This document shows, in pieces, positions 60,928 to 64,000 of a DNA stretch of 64,000 nucleotides. The translations under genes were made by a program, and so were the position numbers. Under the pieces are notes generated by a model. That model worked only from the letters and a program-made list of their open reading frames with translations. It was not told the origin of the DNA and ran no database searches. This DNA is from Candidatus Methanoperedenaceae archaeon. Lineage in GTDB: Archaea; Halobacteriota; Methanosarcinia; Methanosarcinales; Methanoperedenaceae. Location: positions 96,001 to 160,000 of the forward strand of contig CAVWCX010000024.1 in NCBI GenBank assembly GCA_963753595.1, in the 5' to 3' direction. The stretch's first letter is position 1, and each line of letters opens with the position of its first letter.

Positions 60928-62474
60928 CATTGGTCATCGGTTAAGGAATTCTGCTCAATGAATTATCTCAAAAAAGATTGCAGAATTACTCGTTTTTAGT
61001 CAATAGCTTTGGGTTTCCAGTTGAAATAATCGTTATATAGCGAAGCATTTATCGTCTTAGCATGCATATATTACTTAAAAATTCTAATTTTACTGTATTA
61101 AAATTAGAAAGAGGATCAGTAGCATGAAAAAGCCCAAAGAACCAAACACAAAAATCCCATCTTATGACCCCGATATAATTGAAAAAGACCTCTACACACT
61201 ATTCCCTCCAGAATGGCTGAAACAAGCAGCAAAAGAAACCGGCCTCATAGAAAGAGAGAGAAAAGTGACAGCCGTAGAAATGTTTTGGGTTCTTGTCAAT
61301 AGTTATGGTGTTCGCCTTGCAAGAAATCTAGCCTTTGTCAAACGGAATTATGAAAAGTTTTCCAATAAAAAACTGAGCGACAGCAGCTGGTATGAAAGAT
61401 TCACACCTGAACTTGTTGCATTCCTGAGGCTATGTGTAACTCATGGAATTGAACAGCTTGCTAAGGAACAAACCAAAGTTCTCAATGAAAAAATAGCTAA
61501 ATTCCAGGATGTAATGATACAGGACAGCACAATTATCAGATTGCATAAGTCTCTTGCTAAAAAATTCCCGGCAGCACGTTCCAGAACGGTAGCAGCTGGC
61601 GTTAAAGTGAGTTTGTTGGTAAGTGCCGTGGCAAACAGCCCAAAAAGCATCACTATTCATCCTGAAAGTACAAATGAATTGAAGACTCTGCGAATAGGTC
61701 CATGGATAAAAGATAGAATTCTTCTTATCGATCTTGGTTTCTACAAACATCTACTCTTTGCTAAAATCAAGGAGAATGGCGGTTACTTCGTGTCCAGATT
61801 GAAAGGAAGTGCGGATCCTCTTATTGTTGATGTGCATAATACGTGTCGGGGGAATAGTATTGATGTGAAAGGGAAATATATCAGTGAAATTCTCCCCAAG
61901 TTAAAAAGACAAGTACTCGATGTTGAAGTTGAGGTCTCATTCAAGAAACCGAATTATAATGGGAAAAGTAAGACAAGAATGGATACTGAACAGTTCCGAT
62001 TGGTAGCGGTTTTTAATGAAGATGAAGAAAAGTATCATGTCTATCTTACTAATATTGCAAAAGATGTTTTGGAGGCTGAGGATGTTGCGAAACTCTATGG
62101 AGCAAGATGGGATATTGAACTGATCTTTAAAGAACTGAAAAGCAGATACGCTCTTGATGTTGTGAATACAAAGAACACACAAATTATCGAAGCCTTTATC
62201 TGGATATCGATTCTTACCCTTTTAGTAAGCAGGAGAATATATTCGTTAGTTCGGAAGTATAATCCAAAAGATATTGGTTCTCGTTTTACACAATTGCGAT
62301 GGAGTACGATTTTTGCCGAAAATGCTGATAAACAGCTTACTCTGATACTTCGGTATTATGGGATTGAAAGAACTATTCTGACTGTTATGAATGTCTATTC
62401 AAGTCAGGCACTTGATCCCCATGTCAGTAGACATCGGTTCAGGGATGACTGGTGGGCTTAACCGATGACCAATG
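60928..62474. mobile_element. IS4-family element (ISH8-like)
   Basis: Perfect 18-bp TIR cattggtcatcggttaag / cttaaccgatgaccaatg; no TSD visible. Confidence 0.92.
61124..62461 (+). CDS. IS4-family DDE transposase
   Basis: QDSTII.L, L.DLGF, FVSRLK, Y..RW.IEL.FKELK (YREK) signature. Confidence 0.94.
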   Translation: MKKPKEPNTKIPSYDPDIIEKDLYTLFPPEWLKQAAKETGLIERERKVTAVEMFWVLVNSYGVRLARNLAFVKRNYEKFSNKKLSDSSWYERFTPELVAFLRLCVTHGIEQLAKEQTKVLNEKIAKFQDVMIQDSTIIRLHKSLAKKFPAARSRTVAAGVKVSLLVSAVANSPKSITIHPESTNELKTLRIGPWIKDRILLIDLGFYKHLLFAKIKENGGYFVSRLKGSADPLIVDVHNTCRGNSIDVKGKYISEILPKLKRQVLDVEVEVSFKKPNYNGKSKTRMDTEQFRLVAVFNEDEEKYHVYLTNIAKDVLEAEDVAKLYGARWDIELIFKELKSRYALDVVNTKNTQIIEAFIWISILTLLVSRRIYSLVRKYNPKDIGSRFTQLRWSTIFAENADKQLTLILRYYGIERTILTVMNVYSSQALDPHVSRHRFRDDWWA

Positions 62475-63478
62475 AATACTTATATAATAAAACTAAATAT
62501 GGTGTTCTATATAAATATATGATTGTGAAATTCATGTTCATGTTACGGATCTGATGAATCTTCGGTGAGGTTGTAAAGAAATTTTGGTGAAAAGAGAGTA
62601 GTTATAAAAAAATGGCCAAGAAACCACAAGTCAAAGACATAAGATTACTCAGGAAATTCCTGAACAATTTGACACTTACTGTTGCATACCCAAAAAATAA
62701 TTTACAGTACTATCCAATATTTCAAATGAAGTGATCAGTATTTTAGGGGATTTTATCAAAAAATATGAGGATAATAGTATGAAATTACGCTGGTAAATAT
62801 CCATCTGGCAAATTGTATAAAGGTATAATAATTCGTATCACTTAGCCGCAAGTGGCGAAGTTAAGTATAAGAGTGTGAAATTTGTGTGAGGCATCCTTAA
62901 TACCATGTAAATTCATTAAAACATAAGGGCTCCCAGTTCCTCCATGAAACATTTTGTTTATATAATTAGATACTATGGGAGCCCACCTCCGTTTTTTATG
63001 TATCAATTACGATATCGACCGAAGTAAAAAGTTTTCTCGGCTCTGATAATATTTCATGGAGCAAATCTTCTATATGTGTCATATTAGAATAATTGGCGGC
63101 AAGTAGACTCAAGATAATAAAAATGTTGGTTAATGCCATAATTTGGGGGCAAGTTATGAGGTTTCGTCAGGTGCGATTAGAAGCTACAGGCAAAAAGAAA
63201 TTAGCGTGTTGATCTCATAAATGCGATATAAACGACGAATCTCTCAGGGCCGGAAGATTCTCTGACTGTATCCTGTCAGATCCTAGATGAAATCACATCC
63301 TGAAGAGCGTTATAGATTTCGATAATTCTTATGTTTTCCATCTTTTTTAGAGATACAAGAAATGCTCACTTATTCACAACTTTGTTTATAGTTGTGTGAC
63401 CTTCAATAACACGTGGTATTTCCCCAACAATAAAGTTAAATATCGGCAATATTATAATGATACTAATGAGGTAAGCAT

Positions 63479-64000
63479 ATGGTTCATTTGAGATTAGCGA
63501 TAACATTGTTTTTAATTTTCACGGTTATCACGGCTGGTTGTATAGGTAATGGTGACATAGGCACAGCAATAGAAAAATGGAATAAAGTAGCTGATAAGAC
63601 TCAAGAAATAAGACTTCTGGAAGAACAATTTGAAAAAGCTGTAACGGTTGATAATATTCTAATAGATTCAGAACTTGCAAAAGATACCCCCAATTTTGAA
63701 AAAATACTTCCTATATTAGATAAATGGCAAAAAACGCTTGACGAAGAAAGAAAACATCTCGAAGCAGAAAGTAGCCTTATAAGTGATTTTGCGGGTGCAA
63801 CTGCAAACCTTGATGGAGATGCAAAAAGATATGGGGATAGCACGTTAAAAAACATCAGAGAATCGCATAGATATCAGACTTCATCTTTAGATAATTATAA
63901 TCGGGCAATTGAGAGTTTAAGAATGAATTATAAGTCTCTCGATGACAGATATTACCGTCAATATGAACAATATTTAAATGCAGTAGATTCTGATAATACA
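63479..64000 (+). CDS. Helical lipoprotein, 3' end outside the window
   Basis: Manual translation MVHLRLAITLFLIFTVITAGCIG... (lipobox TAGC) after a GAGGT RBS; open to 64000. Confidence 0.75.
   Translation, partial: MVHLRLAITLFLIFTVITAGCIGNGDIGTAIEKWNKVADKTQEIRLLEEQFEKAVTVDNILIDSELAKDTPNFEKILPILDKWQKTLDEERKHLEAESSLISDFAGATANLDGDAKRYGDSTLKNIRESHRYQTSSLDNYNRAIESLRMNYKSLDDRYYRQYEQYLNAVDSDNT

Noticed and set aside
1-64000. CRISPR array, cas genes, tRNA or rRNA
   Set aside because: No regularly spaced repeat-spacer pattern, cas motif or recognisable structural RNA was seen by eye.

Overview
Archaeal chromosome segment, inferred to be from Methanosarcinales and most like Ca. Methanoperedens/ANME-2d. 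The basis is a methanogenesis marker 8 gene, PGF-CTERM and PGF-pre-PGF surface proteins, a CxxCH surface protein and the HMG-CoA synthase-thiolase-DUF35 operon. (1) 1-5 kb is a defence/TA hotspot: type I RM hsdR, an MNT-HEPN pair bracketed by two degenerate uvrD 5' fragments, and a decayed vapBC. (2) 5-15 kb holds two ABC-2 exporter operons, MFS, VIT1, Lrp, DedA and a monoheme PGF-CTERM protein. (3) 16-23 kb holds core metabolism. A two-TM membrane-tethered HTH regulator and a site-2 protease bracket the mevalonate-entry operon, an SREBP-like arrangement and my top hypothesis. (4) 23-60 kb is a large, mosaic surface-glycan locus: DUF1616, CPBP protease, a small Ser/Thr-rich membrane peptide, GT2/GT4, a GT-C-like membrane protein, flippase, pyruvyltransferase with an FrhB-like reductase, AsnB, WecB, WbpD/E-like enzymes and LamG/beta-helix surface proteins. 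It is scattered with gene remnants and contains a triple-nested IS structure with resolvable target-site duplications. (5) 60-64 kb has IS debris, an intact IS4-family element and a lipoprotein gene running off the end. No rRNA, tRNA or CRISPR array was recognised. Family assignments come from motif recognition by eye, not database searches.
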